Assembly: GCA_963666985.2 (NCBI GenBank)
Contig: CAXXIA010000001.1
Coordinates: forward strand, 1,280,001-1,344,000
Direction: 5' to 3'
Origin: Spirochaetia bacterium
Lineage (GTDB): Bacteria; Spirochaetota; Spirochaetia; DSM-2461
DNA length: 64,000 nt
In this document: positions 48,511 through 57,655 of the stretch, piece by piece
Position numbering within the stretch: position 1 is the stretch's first letter
Layout of the letters: each line of letters starts with the position of its first letter
Position numbers and translations under genes: made by a program
The notes under the pieces: generated by a model
Told to the model about the DNA's origin: nothing
The model's input: the letters and a program-made list of their open reading frames with translations, nothing else
Databases searched by the model: none

Positions 48511-50521
48511 CTACAACCTCCGTCCATGCATAGGAACCATCTTCGTTCTTTTCAAAACGCAACGACAACCGCGTTCCCGGAGATAAAAGAAGATTTCGAA
48601 CAGCGTTCTTCTCTTCACCGCCGGCGCTTAAGCGATACTCTCCCGGCGGTAAAACATATTCCCGCGCATTCGGATTCATCATTTGGAGTTTCCGAAATCC
48701 GCCTTCATCACCGCCGTGACGATATGTCGTATCGCCCTGAAGCCGAGGCTTTTTAAAGGGAATCGCGGAAGAGAGAACAAGAACGGCCGGTTCGGGCCGC
48801 ATGCCGACCTCAACACGGTATCGGGATATCCCGGCGTCAAGCCTCGCGAGAGCCTCAACGGGGACAAACCCCGTTTTGGAAAACGCGAAAGAATATGTTC
48901 GTCCGGAATGCAGAAGCATGGGATTATCCTGAATTCGGTATAACATCGGTTTGCCGCCGGGCTCGGCGGCGGCATCGGAAATCACGACATTGACGTTTTT
49001 CGTGATATCCCCGCCGGTATCTTCCCGAATCACTCTCCAGGAAATCGATACAGGTTTTATCTCCGGTTCCCAGGGAATTGAAAGATTAATAATGGGAGGA
49101 TTCCTTCCCTCATCCGCTAAAGCCGTTCTCCGGTCCTTTAAGGAGGGAACACGGACGACTCTTGAAGTTCCATCCTCTCCGATCAGGAGCGTTACGAGGT
49201 AGCTGCCGGGCTTCAGCGCAAGAGTTCTGGTAACCAGTTTCCGTTCCGATTCATCAGCCGCCGATTCATCACGGGAACCCGTCATTTGCTTCAGCATTTC
49301 ACCGAAAGAAAGTTTTGCGGCGAGATCTTCTTGAACCGGTTCCCACGCCCCGCCGACCATTCGATGGACATTCACCGAAATGAAAGGATCCGGCATGGGT
49401 TCATCGGGGAGAGGAATACTGATCCGCAAACCGCCCAAGCCGCCCGGAAGCAGCACACGCGGCATGAAGCCCGATACCGAAGCAATCCACCACAGCCCGA
49501 CGATTCCCGCCGCCGCGGCCAGTCCGATCAGACCGACGGCGGCCATGCGATAAAGCCCTCTGCGGCTCTTCGACTCGTCCCTCGGAGAAAGGCGCCTGTC
49601 GGCCACCAGATCGGCAAGCTTGCGCCTTAGGTTCTCCTCGCTTCTTCTGGCTAAAAAACGCTCAACGCGCTTGAGCATTTTCTCCGCGCTCTTGTATCTG
49701 AATTCCGCCCGCGGTCTGACGGCGCGACGCACAAGACGATTGGAAATGCCTTTGGACTCCGGACGGGCTTTCCGCAGTCTTTCGTACTTTCCCTTCCGAA
49801 TTCTTTCGAGCATTTCCGGCAAAGAGGCGCCCGTAAAGGGTTTTCTGCCGGTGAGGCATTCGTAGAGAAGGATTCCGCAGGAATAAATATCGGCGCGGCC
49901 GTCGACGGTTCCGGCATTTCGAAACTGCTCGGGAGCCATGTATAAGGGCGTACCGAGCGTCATCCCTTCTTTCGTCAGACCGTCGGCATCCACGGTTTGG
50001 TTGTGGGCGATGCCGAAATCCGTCAGCTTCACCTCGCCTTTCGAAGAAATAAGAATGTTCGCCGGTTTAATATCCCGATGCACGACGCCCTTGGAATGAG
50101 CGAAGGCCAGGGCCCGCAGGGTATCCCGCAGGATAAGCAAAGCCACATCGTCGTCCAGATACCGGTGTTTCTCCAGAAGCTGTGAAACGGAACATCCGTC
50201 GACGTACTCCATAACCATGCAATAAGAGCTTGCCGTCTTAAAATGATCGAAGTAATTGACGATGTTCACATGCTGGAATCCCATCATGATGGTGGCTTCC
50301 CGCTGAAAGCGCTGCGCGAACTGTTCGCTCCCTGTCAGGGTGAGCATTTTCAACACGACCGGCTGATCAAGCGTCGGATGCTCCGCTTTATAAATCGCTC
50401 CCATGCCGCCCTTGGCCAGCAGAACGGCGTTCCGGTATTTGCCGATCTTCTTCCCGGGTTTGGACTCTTTTTCCGATTCGGCCGACGCTCCCTTTTTCGA
50501 ATCACCTGTGGAACCGCTCAA
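48503..50521 (-). CDS. Transmembrane Hanks-type Ser/Thr protein kinase
   Basis: KGGMGAIY, VVLK, RE, HRDIKPAN, DFG, GTPLYMAPE, DIYSCG; TM then extracytoplasmic domain. Confidence 0.95.
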   Translation of the reverse strand: MSGSTGDSKKGASAESEKESKPGKKIGKYRNAVLLAKGGMGAIYKAEHPTLDQPVVLKMLTLTGSEQFAQRFQREATIMMGFQHVNIVNYFDHFKTASSYCMVMEYVDGCSVSQLLEKHRYLDDDVALLILRDTLRALAFAHSKGVVHRDIKPANILISSKGEVKLTDFGIAHNQTVDADGLTKEGMTLGTPLYMAPEQFRNAGTVDGRADIYSCGILLYECLTGRKPFTGASLPEMLERIRKGKYERLRKARPESKGISNRLVRRAVRPRAEFRYKSAEKMLKRVERFLARRSEENLRRKLADLVADRRLSPRDESKSRRGLYRMAAVGLIGLAAAAGIVGLWWIASVSGFMPRVLLPGGLGGLRISIPLPDEPMPDPFISVNVHRMVGGAWEPVQEDLAAKLSFGEMLKQMTGSRDESAADESERKLVTRTLALKPGSYLVTLLIGEDGTSRVVRVPSLKDRRTALADEGRNPPIINLSIPWEPEIKPVSISWRVIREDTGGDITKNVNVVISDAAAEPGGKPMLYRIQDNPMLLHSGRTYSFAFSKTGFVPVEALARLDAGISRYRVEVGMRPEPAVLVLSSAIPFKKPRLQGDTTYRHGGDEGGFRKLQMMNPNAREYVLPPGEYRLSAGGEEKNAVRNLLLSPGTRLSLRFEKNEDGSYAWTEVVDE

Positions 50522-51546
50522 TTCACATCCTCCGTAGAGTCATCCGGAATAACAATGATGTCTCTCTCCGGATCGGGATTTCTTCCGGACGATAAAACCG
50601 CCGCGATATACATATCGGGGTTGTGTATTTGGACATATCGCCCTCCCGCTCTCAGACCGTAGAGTTCACCCACGGGCCGATGCCCTCCGAAATAAAGCGC
50701 ACCGTCCGCGTCAACTCCCAAATACTCCTCCAGCATGGCCTCGACGCTTCCGTTTTCCGCCTCGCCGTTACCCGTCCATGTGAAGTCGAAAATCACTTCA
50801 TCATCGCCCCGATAATTTATCACTCTCTCCCTCGGGTATAAACGGCGGGGTTCGGCGTGAGAGATCAAAAACGAATCTCCCACGGCCAGAAGAGGCAGCG
50901 AAGCTTCAAACTCGGCCCAACGTCTCAGCATATCCTCACCGAGAAAGATTAAAAACCAATCCCGGACCATTTGGCCTTCCCAAGCATATTTACCGAACGG
51001 ACGATTCCCTTCGGTTTCCGCGTTGGCGACATTCTCGTGATTTCCCTTAAGGAAATGGAAGCGATCGGGAACGGCGGCTTTGAGAATCATCACCATGGCC
51101 ATAAGCGAAAGACTTTCCCGCATTTCCTCATCCATGGCTTTATGCGTTCGATAACCGCCGCGATATTCCTTCCAGGCGGTTTTCCATCGTGCGGCACCCC
51201 TCGATTCGCTGTGGAAGCCGTCTCCGACACAGAGCACCTGTATCCGGCCGGCGAAAAGTCCGTCGATAACCGGAATCCCGTCGATTTTCATGTCGAGGAG
51301 AGATCTCATATATCCCGTTCGCGCATGAAGATCGGGAACAACAACGGTGGTGAGATTCGGATCGAGAAGGATGAGGCCTCCCGGACGGCCTTGAGCGTCA
51401 CGGGGTCTTACGGCCGGAGTTTCTTCATTCAGAGCGTTCTGCGCCGATTCGAGGATAACGGAGAGATCGTTGAAATCAGGGATGTCGGCGGCCTCATCCA
51501 ATCTGGCGAAAACGCTGCGGATTGCTTGCGCGGGATGGGAATCCAT
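50518..51546 (-). CDS. Calcineurin-like metallophosphoesterase
   Basis: PDLH, VGDGFH, KGNHE, SHA, GGH motifs. Confidence 0.88.
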   Translation of the reverse strand: MDSHPAQAIRSVFARLDEAADIPDFNDLSVILESAQNALNEETPAVRPRDAQGRPGGLILLDPNLTTVVVPDLHARTGYMRSLLDMKIDGIPVIDGLFAGRIQVLCVGDGFHSESRGAARWKTAWKEYRGGYRTHKAMDEEMRESLSLMAMVMILKAAVPDRFHFLKGNHENVANAETEGNRPFGKYAWEGQMVRDWFLIFLGEDMLRRWAEFEASLPLLAVGDSFLISHAEPRRLYPRERVINYRGDDEVIFDFTWTGNGEAENGSVEAMLEEYLGVDADGALYFGGHRPVGELYGLRAGGRYVQIHNPDMYIAAVLSSGRNPDPERDIIVIPDDSTEDVN

Positions 51547-52076
51547 CAATCTCCGTCTATCCTGGTCTCATCGACAGCCTGAAATTCCCGCGTTAACGCG
51601 ACCGTGGCTTCATCAAGCTTTTCATTCTGATACTCCAGCGCCAGAGCGGCGGGCAGAACCGCCAGCCTATAGACGGCCGAACTCTTCTTAACCGGTCCCT
51701 TTTTGAAGAGAATCTCGCCGCCCTTTATAACCTCTCCGCCGAGAACCGCATCATCGGATTCCGCTCTTGAGGGAACATCCCTTCGACGGTCGATACTGAC
51801 ATACACGGCCCGTCTCCGGCCTTTTTCATCCGGACCGACGGCCACAAGAGAACCCGACATTGTCAAAGCCAGAAAACCCCGTTTGGAATCGGATAAACGT
51901 TCGGAACTCTCCATTCCCATGGATTCGGCCTGACGGTCGAAAGCCGTTTCCTTTTCTCTCCATCCTTCGGCCAAAATCTCAAGGGACTTCTCTCCGGCGG
52001 GCAGTCCGCTTCCCTCGCGGATCGCTTCCAAATGTTCCCGAACCGCCGGATCCAAACCGGCGAAAATACCGCTCAT
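51546..52076 (-). CDS. Hypothetical protein, first gene of the kinase operon
   Basis: 176 aa, GGAGG RBS, TGATG overlap with the next gene. Confidence 0.8.
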   Translation of the reverse strand: MSGIFAGLDPAVREHLEAIREGSGLPAGEKSLEILAEGWREKETAFDRQAESMGMESSERLSDSKRGFLALTMSGSLVAVGPDEKGRRRAVYVSIDRRRDVPSRAESDDAVLGGEVIKGGEILFKKGPVKKSSAVYRLAVLPAALALEYQNEKLDEATVALTREFQAVDETRIDGD

Positions 52077-52137
52077 CTGTATTTCCTCCCTAATTTCTTT
52101 AAATATAACGCACCGTTATGCACCGACCGAAAAGACG

Positions 52138-52842
52138 TCAGCGGAAGGAAAGTTTCGTTTCTAAAGAAGAGTAAATGAACTCATGGATGCCGTTCACCGT
52201 TTCCTCCGGAAGATTCTCCCGAAACTGAAATACATGGATAAGCTGTCCGGCGAACAAGCGTTTGGAGACGAATCGTCCCGAAAGGAGCAAACTGTGTCCG
52301 TGAAGATTCACGTTCATTTTCTCCACCTCGACAAATCCGAAATCTTCGGGTTCCGGTTTGAACGTACAAGAACAGCCCGCGGCGCTGATATCGTGAAGGA
52401 TTCCCGCAAACCGTTTTCCGTCCCGATGGAAATCGAATATGGCAATGGAGGCGTTTTGATTTCCGAACCTGACATGACGGCGGTACCCTTGAGCGTGAGC
52501 ATTTCTTAAAAACCCGATGATTCCGTCTTTATATCTTTTTTCGGGTCCTCCGACGGCTCCCTGAAATCCCTCGGGGATATCGTTTTCTCCCAAAACGATA
52601 AGGGAACAAGACGATCCGCCTTTGATAAAAGCCTCGGCCATTTTCAGCCAATCGCGTCTTTCTTCATTCTTCATTTCCAGAAAAAAAATGGAATCCCTCT
52701 GTTCGGAGACATCAAGGGCCACGGGATCGTCGATTCCGTATGCTTCGAACTCCAACTCCCTTAGAGACTCCACCGTCGATTGTCTTAATTCTTTATTCGG
52801 ACATGCGATAAATATCTGACAACCTTGAAAATCCATGTCCAC
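52138..52842 (-). CDS. PilZ-domain protein with degenerate receiver-like N-terminus
   Basis: RRHVR (RxxxR) and DISAAG (DxSxxG) c-di-GMP motifs. Confidence 0.75.
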   Translation of the reverse strand: MDMDFQGCQIFIACPNKELRQSTVESLRELEFEAYGIDDPVALDVSEQRDSIFFLEMKNEERRDWLKMAEAFIKGGSSCSLIVLGENDIPEGFQGAVGGPEKRYKDGIIGFLRNAHAQGYRRHVRFGNQNASIAIFDFHRDGKRFAGILHDISAAGCSCTFKPEPEDFGFVEVEKMNVNLHGHSLLLSGRFVSKRLFAGQLIHVFQFRENLPEETVNGIHEFIYSSLETKLSFR

Positions 52843-52854
52843 CTCAGGCTTCTT

Positions 52855-54855
52855 TTATACCGTTAAGATAACCGCGGCAAGAAGAATGAATAAAACCGCC
52901 GTTACATATTTAACCAGAGCACCGTGCTTTCTGAAGACATTCGCCATACGAACCGCCGAAACGCCTTTGTAGGATACAATAAAAATCGTGATAAGAGGAA
53001 TTATAAACGCCGCGTTATAAATTGCGAGCCAAAACCACGGCCGGGAGCCTTCTCCTCTGGCGATCATCCAGGCGATTGTCGGCAAATAGACCTGCCCGGT
53101 ACAGCCCAGTTCGATCAAGGCCACTATCGCTCCCAGGAATAAAGCGCCTCCTGCGGCGGCTCCCGAACGGACGCTGCCGCGGATTATTCCATGCGCCCGG
53201 GCGGAAAGATTTCCCGGCAGTTTGAGAATTAAATCACTTCGTCCCTTGGAAAGACGAATCCCGTCGATAACGCTTAAAACGGCCAACGCGGCCAGGATTA
53301 AAGCCAGAACAATCTCCAGTCCCCGCCGGATTCCCGGAGAGACGGCGAAACGCCTGAGTCCGCCCAGCAAACCGGCTCCGATCAGCGAATAGGTTATAAA
53401 AACTCCGCAAGCATAGCTCAGACCGATGGCAAGCATCGTCTTTTTCGACCTTCCCGCCAGCGCCAGCGCAGAAATCAGAAAAACCATGGCTGAAAACGCG
53501 CAGGGATTCACGCCGTCGAGCAGGCCGGCAAGAAAAACGGCTCCCGGCTCCCATTGAACGCCGAAACCGCCCTTCTCTTTTTTGTTATCCGTATTCCGAT
53601 GAGCTGATCCGCCCGCCGCAAAGGCCATCAGGCCGTTTTTTATTTCATCATCTCCCTGAAGCACTTCATTTCCAACGAACATAACGGGAATTAAGCGAAG
53701 TTCAACTCCTCGTTGTTCCAACAGGGCAAGCAATTCATCAAAATCCTCCGGATCGCCGGTATCGTACTCTTCAACGATAATCGTTCCGCCTGAAGCTTTT
53801 TCAATATCCGGAATGCCGTCCCAGAGAAAATCTTCACACTCCCGGCACCCGAAAGGATACCAATACATTGCATTAACAAGATCTCCTGACGGTTTTACAT
53901 CCGAATGAGCTTTCCTTGCATCCGCCAAAGCCCGAGCCGTCAGGTCTTTTACATAGGCATCGTAAAAAGCCGTGATTTCCCGTGACTCGGGAGCTTTCCC
54001 TCTGATCAGTTCATAAGACTCGATAAGAGGGGCCGAACCGGAATTGAAGAGGACTCGGACAATACCGTTTCCCCGCGGCGCGGGCGATACCCATGGGATT
54101 TTCACGCCTGAGGCTTCCAGAAAGCCCGCGGCGGCCCCCGAACTCTCCAGAGCACCGGGAGCCGAGCCTCCCGTTAGAACAACCGCGTCCATCGCCGCAG
54201 GCATTCCCGGCTTCATCATCTTGATGCCGTTTGCAAGGCTGTCGAGGCTCCCTCTGTAAATGAGGATTCGATATGATCCGTCCGAATCGGCCGCGATCTT
54301 CAAAACCTCTTCAAGTTCCCTTGCCGCGAAGCCTCGCGCGGACGGCTCCGGATTGCAGGAGGCAAGGGACACGCTCCCCTTTCCGGAACCCAGCAGGAAC
54401 GTATGATTTTCATCCGGTAACGATCGAAGAAAAAACTTTGATTGATAACCGGCCGCCGCGGAGAGGGGAACATTCCGGGATCTTTTTAGGGCGGCGCCGA
54501 AGTTGTCTCTCAAATCCGCAGCGTCCGCAATCAAAGCATCATAGCCGACGATCGATGCGGCGAGATCCAGATAATGTTCCAGCAAGGGATCGGATCGGCC
54601 GGATTCCCGGAATCCTCCCGCGTCGATGAGAAAGGAATCCTCGGATCGGTCCTCCAGAAAGGCATGTATTGACGAGAGTCCGGCCGATGCTCCCTCAGGG
54701 CAGTCGCATCCCGAAAGATACCCTTGGATATCCGAGGTAATCCAAACGCTTATCGCGTTTTCGGAGGCATTCAGATGTGTGGCAAAAAAAAGGATCGGCA
54801 ACACGGCGAGAAGTCGCCGGAGTCTTTGAGATTTCAGACCTACTAATAACGTCAT
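52855..54855 (-). CDS. Fusion: metallophosphoesterase-like, CxxC thioredoxin-fold and CcdA/DsbD-like TM domains
   Basis: Signal peptide; TSDIQG..SGCDC, DAGG; GCREC; DGVNPCAF and ELGCTG in the TM region. Confidence 0.8.
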   Translation of the reverse strand: MTLLVGLKSQRLRRLLAVLPILFFATHLNASENAISVWITSDIQGYLSGCDCPEGASAGLSSIHAFLEDRSEDSFLIDAGGFRESGRSDPLLEHYLDLAASIVGYDALIADAADLRDNFGAALKRSRNVPLSAAAGYQSKFFLRSLPDENHTFLLGSGKGSVSLASCNPEPSARGFAARELEEVLKIAADSDGSYRILIYRGSLDSLANGIKMMKPGMPAAMDAVVLTGGSAPGALESSGAAAGFLEASGVKIPWVSPAPRGNGIVRVLFNSGSAPLIESYELIRGKAPESREITAFYDAYVKDLTARALADARKAHSDVKPSGDLVNAMYWYPFGCRECEDFLWDGIPDIEKASGGTIIVEEYDTGDPEDFDELLALLEQRGVELRLIPVMFVGNEVLQGDDEIKNGLMAFAAGGSAHRNTDNKKEKGGFGVQWEPGAVFLAGLLDGVNPCAFSAMVFLISALALAGRSKKTMLAIGLSYACGVFITYSLIGAGLLGGLRRFAVSPGIRRGLEIVLALILAALAVLSVIDGIRLSKGRSDLILKLPGNLSARAHGIIRGSVRSGAAAGGALFLGAIVALIELGCTGQVYLPTIAWMIARGEGSRPWFWLAIYNAAFIIPLITIFIVSYKGVSAVRMANVFRKHGALVKYVTAVLFILLAAVILTV

Positions 54856-54973
54856 CGAACATAGAATAATCCGGTTCGGCGAAAAACAGCCATAGAATCA
54901 AAGAAAGTTGGTTATAAGAAACAAAAAAGGCGATCCCTCAAGACCACCTTATCTCCGGGCGATCCCGGCGACA

Positions 54974-55180
54974 CCGAATTCGCCCTCCGCAGCCCGGCGT
55001 AGCTACGCTTTGTTATTCGCTCGTTCGGAACAGCCTGTGCATTATACTGGCTTTTCGCTCACTCCGCTCCGGCGTTCTGCCGGACTTCTCCGGGCCGCTG
55101 CTTCGTCCTTCCGTGGGCGTCCCGCCTGCTCTTCCGCTTCGCGGCGGCCTTAAGCCTTCGAATCCGGCGAATGTTTTCGG
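54974..55180. repeat. Structured GC-rich intergenic element downstream of tRNA-Val
   Basis: Closed by ATTCGCC/GGCGAAT inverted repeat; internal hairpins; no credible ORF. Confidence 0.4.
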
Positions 55181-55184
55181 AAAT

Positions 55185-55216
55185 AAAAAAAAGCGACCCC
55201 GATAAGGATCGCTTTT
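55185..55216 (-). terminator. Terminator of tRNA-Val
   Basis: AAAAGCGA...TCGCTTTT stem with a T run on the minus strand. Confidence 0.8.
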
Positions 55217-55219
55217 CTA

Positions 55220-55293
55220 TGGGCGACACTGGATTCGAACCAGTGACCCCGTGCATGTCAAGCACGTACTCTAACCAACTGAGCTAGCCGCCC
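55220..55293 (-). tRNA. tRNA-Val(GAC), CCA not encoded
   Basis: Cloverleaf GGGCGGC...GTCGCCCA; anticodon arm CGTGC-TTGACAT-GCACG; T-loop GGTTCGAATCC. Confidence 0.97.
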
Positions 55294-55304
55294 GACGAGG
55301 CATC

Positions 55305-55332
55305 ATTCTAATGAAACGGCAAAACATGTCAA
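55305..55332 (-). promoter_or_regulatory. Sigma70 promoter of tRNA-Val
   Basis: TTGACA-N16-TAGAAT. Confidence 0.8.
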
Positions 55333-55383
55333 CCATTTTCCTCTTCAACGGAAAAGAAATACGCCGATGCCGTTTCATTTGAA

Positions 55384-55821
55384 TCAGCTTTTAAGAACGC
55401 TGATAACCCTTTCCAGAACCTTTTTACGGTCCAGCGGCTTCACAATGTAATTTTTTGCGCCCATAAGAAGTGATTTTTTGACCAAATCCTGTTTCCCCAG
55501 AGCGCTGATCATCACGACTTTCGCCTCTTTATCAAATTCAATGATCTTCTCCAGAGCCGTTACTCCATCCATACGGGGCATCGTGATGTCCATGGTGACC
55601 AAATCGACGTTCGGGTACAGTTCTTTGTACTTTTCCACGCCGTCCTGACCGTCCGTTGCCGTCGCGACGACATTAAACCCTTCGGATGTAAGTATTTGAC
55701 CTATTTGCTTGGTTACGAACATGGAATCATCAACCACCAGGACCTTATATCCCTGGCCGTCGTTTTTTGTTCCGTCCGGAGTTCGTTCATTGATGTTTGG
55801 GAAATCGCTTGTAGTTTTCAC
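55384..55821 (-). CDS. cheY: Chemotaxis response regulator
   Basis: LVVDDS, TMDITMP, ISA, IVKP; spirochaetal N-terminal extension. Confidence 0.95.
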   Translation of the reverse strand: MKTTSDFPNINERTPDGTKNDGQGYKVLVVDDSMFVTKQIGQILTSEGFNVVATATDGQDGVEKYKELYPNVDLVTMDITMPRMDGVTALEKIIEFDKEAKVVMISALGKQDLVKKSLLMGAKNYIVKPLDRKKVLERVISVLKS

Positions 55822-55834
55822 GGGCAGTCCCCTC

Positions 55835-56299
55835 CTACATTCGTTCCCTGATGGCCACGTTGATTTCCACCAGGCCCTGTTCCATTTCGAGAGGAACGAT
55901 CAATGCTTCCACATCAGCGTTGGAAACCTGCATGTTGTCGCCTGTGATGATGGACGGCGGAGTCAAGTCGAACTTGAATCCGAGTTCGAAAAGCTTGGTT
56001 ACGGCCTGGGCGGTAATCATGTTGGCAAGTTCGGTTATCGTAGCCTTTACCAGATCGTCAAGCTCGGTCAGCTCTTCTCCGTTCATCGTCGAGGCAATCT
56101 TAATCGCGGTATCTCGACTCATATCGATGAGAACTCTTCCTTCGACATCGCCGGCAAGACCGACGAGCGCCGCCACCCCCATGACGGGTTGTGATGTCTT
56201 CTTTAAGTAGAGATCCTTGCGATCAATATGAGCCTGCAGAACTTCCTGCATGATACTGAACGCTGACTCAACGAATGGATTGATGTATTCGACCCTCAT
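55835..56299 (-). CDS. cheX: CheY-P phosphatase
   Basis: MRVEYINPF, ELANMI (ExxN), TPP. Confidence 0.95.
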   Translation of the reverse strand: MRVEYINPFVESAFSIMQEVLQAHIDRKDLYLKKTSQPVMGVAALVGLAGDVEGRVLIDMSRDTAIKIASTMNGEELTELDDLVKATITELANMITAQAVTKLFELGFKFDLTPPSIITGDNMQVSNADVEALIVPLEMEQGLVEINVAIRERM

Positions 56300-56317
56300 G
56301 TCGCTCTCCTCTGTCCG

Positions 56318-57646
56318 CTATTTCTTCTTATAAACTACGACGCCGGCATTTTCAACTTTTTCCCAGGCATCGGGGTTTACGGGTTCTTCGTTAGTTCCGA
56401 GCAGCAATATACCGCCGGGCTTTAAAACGTCATCCAACACGGTAAATACCGAAATCTGCTTATCCGGCGACAAATATGAAATGGTGTCCCTCATAACGAC
56501 CATATCCAGCTTCGGCAGTGTATTTTCATGTGATATATCATGATACTCGAAAAGAACGGCATCTTTAATCACTTTTTTAAATTGACGCCCTTTCGTACTC
56601 TTGGTCAGAAATTCTTCAAAAGGATCACCAAGGGGATTTTCGCCCAAAACAAGTCCCGGTGCCGTCGAAACCCTGATAAGGTCGTTGTCATGAGCGATAA
56701 TCCGCAGATGGACTTCCGGCAGGGCTTTTTTAATCATGCAGGCCACCGAATAACTCTCATGACCGCCGCCGCATCCTGGATTCCAGACATTGAAATTCCC
56801 TTTTTGGCTTTTCGGCAGAAAAGACGCGACTTTCCCGATGTAGTCCGGATTCCATAAAGTTCCGGAAAAAGGAGACGAGAACGGAGCGATAAAGGCTTCC
56901 GCGTCCTGCCTATTGGTCAGCTGAACGTCATCCCCGCGCTGGGATTTCCAGGTGGCGAAACGGCGGATGATCCATTCCCGGTTCACGGGGCTTGAGTAAA
57001 ACGAGAGAAACGTAACCAGTGTTTCTTCAATAAATCCGATGTCGATATTCTCTTCCGAGGCCGCGGGAGCGGCTTTGGGCGCTTTACCGGCGGCTTTGGG
57101 TGCTTCGGCGGGTGCCGGAGGCGCGGCCTTCCTCTCCGATCTCTCCGGAGCCTCGGTCGGTTCTTCCGTCCCGAAGATCCGTTCCATGTCCAGAATCACA
57201 TAGAGCCGGCCTTCGTTTTCAACAACTCCGCTGATGTACTTAATGTTGATGTCTCCGAAGAGAGGATGCGGCGGCTGAACATTTTCCGATGCAATTCCCA
57301 CAACCTTATCGATGGTATCGACGACAACGGCGATGACGTGGCCGTCCAGACGGAGAATAATCATATTCTCCAAATCATTTTCGGCGGTCTCTTCACTCTC
57401 ATTCAAAAGATTAAAAAAGACTCTCAGATCGATAACCGAAATGATGTCTCCGCGCAGATTGTAAACCCCTTTAACGAACGGCGCGGCATTGGGAACAAAC
57501 GTAAATTTTGAGGCTTTGGAGATTTCCTTGACCTTCATGATATCGATTCCATAATCTTTACCGGCCAAGGAGAATGTCACCATTTTGAAGTCGATACGGG
57601 ATTGCTCCGCCTGTTCTTTATGTTTTTTAACAGCTGTCTGTTCCAT
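56318..57646 (-). CDS. cheW: CheW with C-terminal CheR-like domain
   Basis: YGIDI, GVYNLRGDII; WNPGCGGGHESYS, FEYHD CheR-like motifs. Confidence 0.93.
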   Translation of the reverse strand: MEQTAVKKHKEQAEQSRIDFKMVTFSLAGKDYGIDIMKVKEISKASKFTFVPNAAPFVKGVYNLRGDIISVIDLRVFFNLLNESEETAENDLENMIILRLDGHVIAVVVDTIDKVVGIASENVQPPHPLFGDINIKYISGVVENEGRLYVILDMERIFGTEEPTEAPERSERKAAPPAPAEAPKAAGKAPKAAPAASEENIDIGFIEETLVTFLSFYSSPVNREWIIRRFATWKSQRGDDVQLTNRQDAEAFIAPFSSPFSGTLWNPDYIGKVASFLPKSQKGNFNVWNPGCGGGHESYSVACMIKKALPEVHLRIIAHDNDLIRVSTAPGLVLGENPLGDPFEEFLTKSTKGRQFKKVIKDAVLFEYHDISHENTLPKLDMVVMRDTISYLSPDKQISVFTVLDDVLKPGGILLLGTNEEPVNPDAWEKVENAGVVVYKKK

Positions 57647-57655
57647 AAAGCTCCC

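Noticed and set aside
55220..55293. tRNA as integration site of an island containing the kinase operon
   Set aside because: No integrase, no direct repeat of the tRNA 3' end and no obvious compositional shift seen by eye
56318..57646. CheW-CheR-like fusion as a novelty
   Set aside because: Established feature of spirochaete cheAWXY operons
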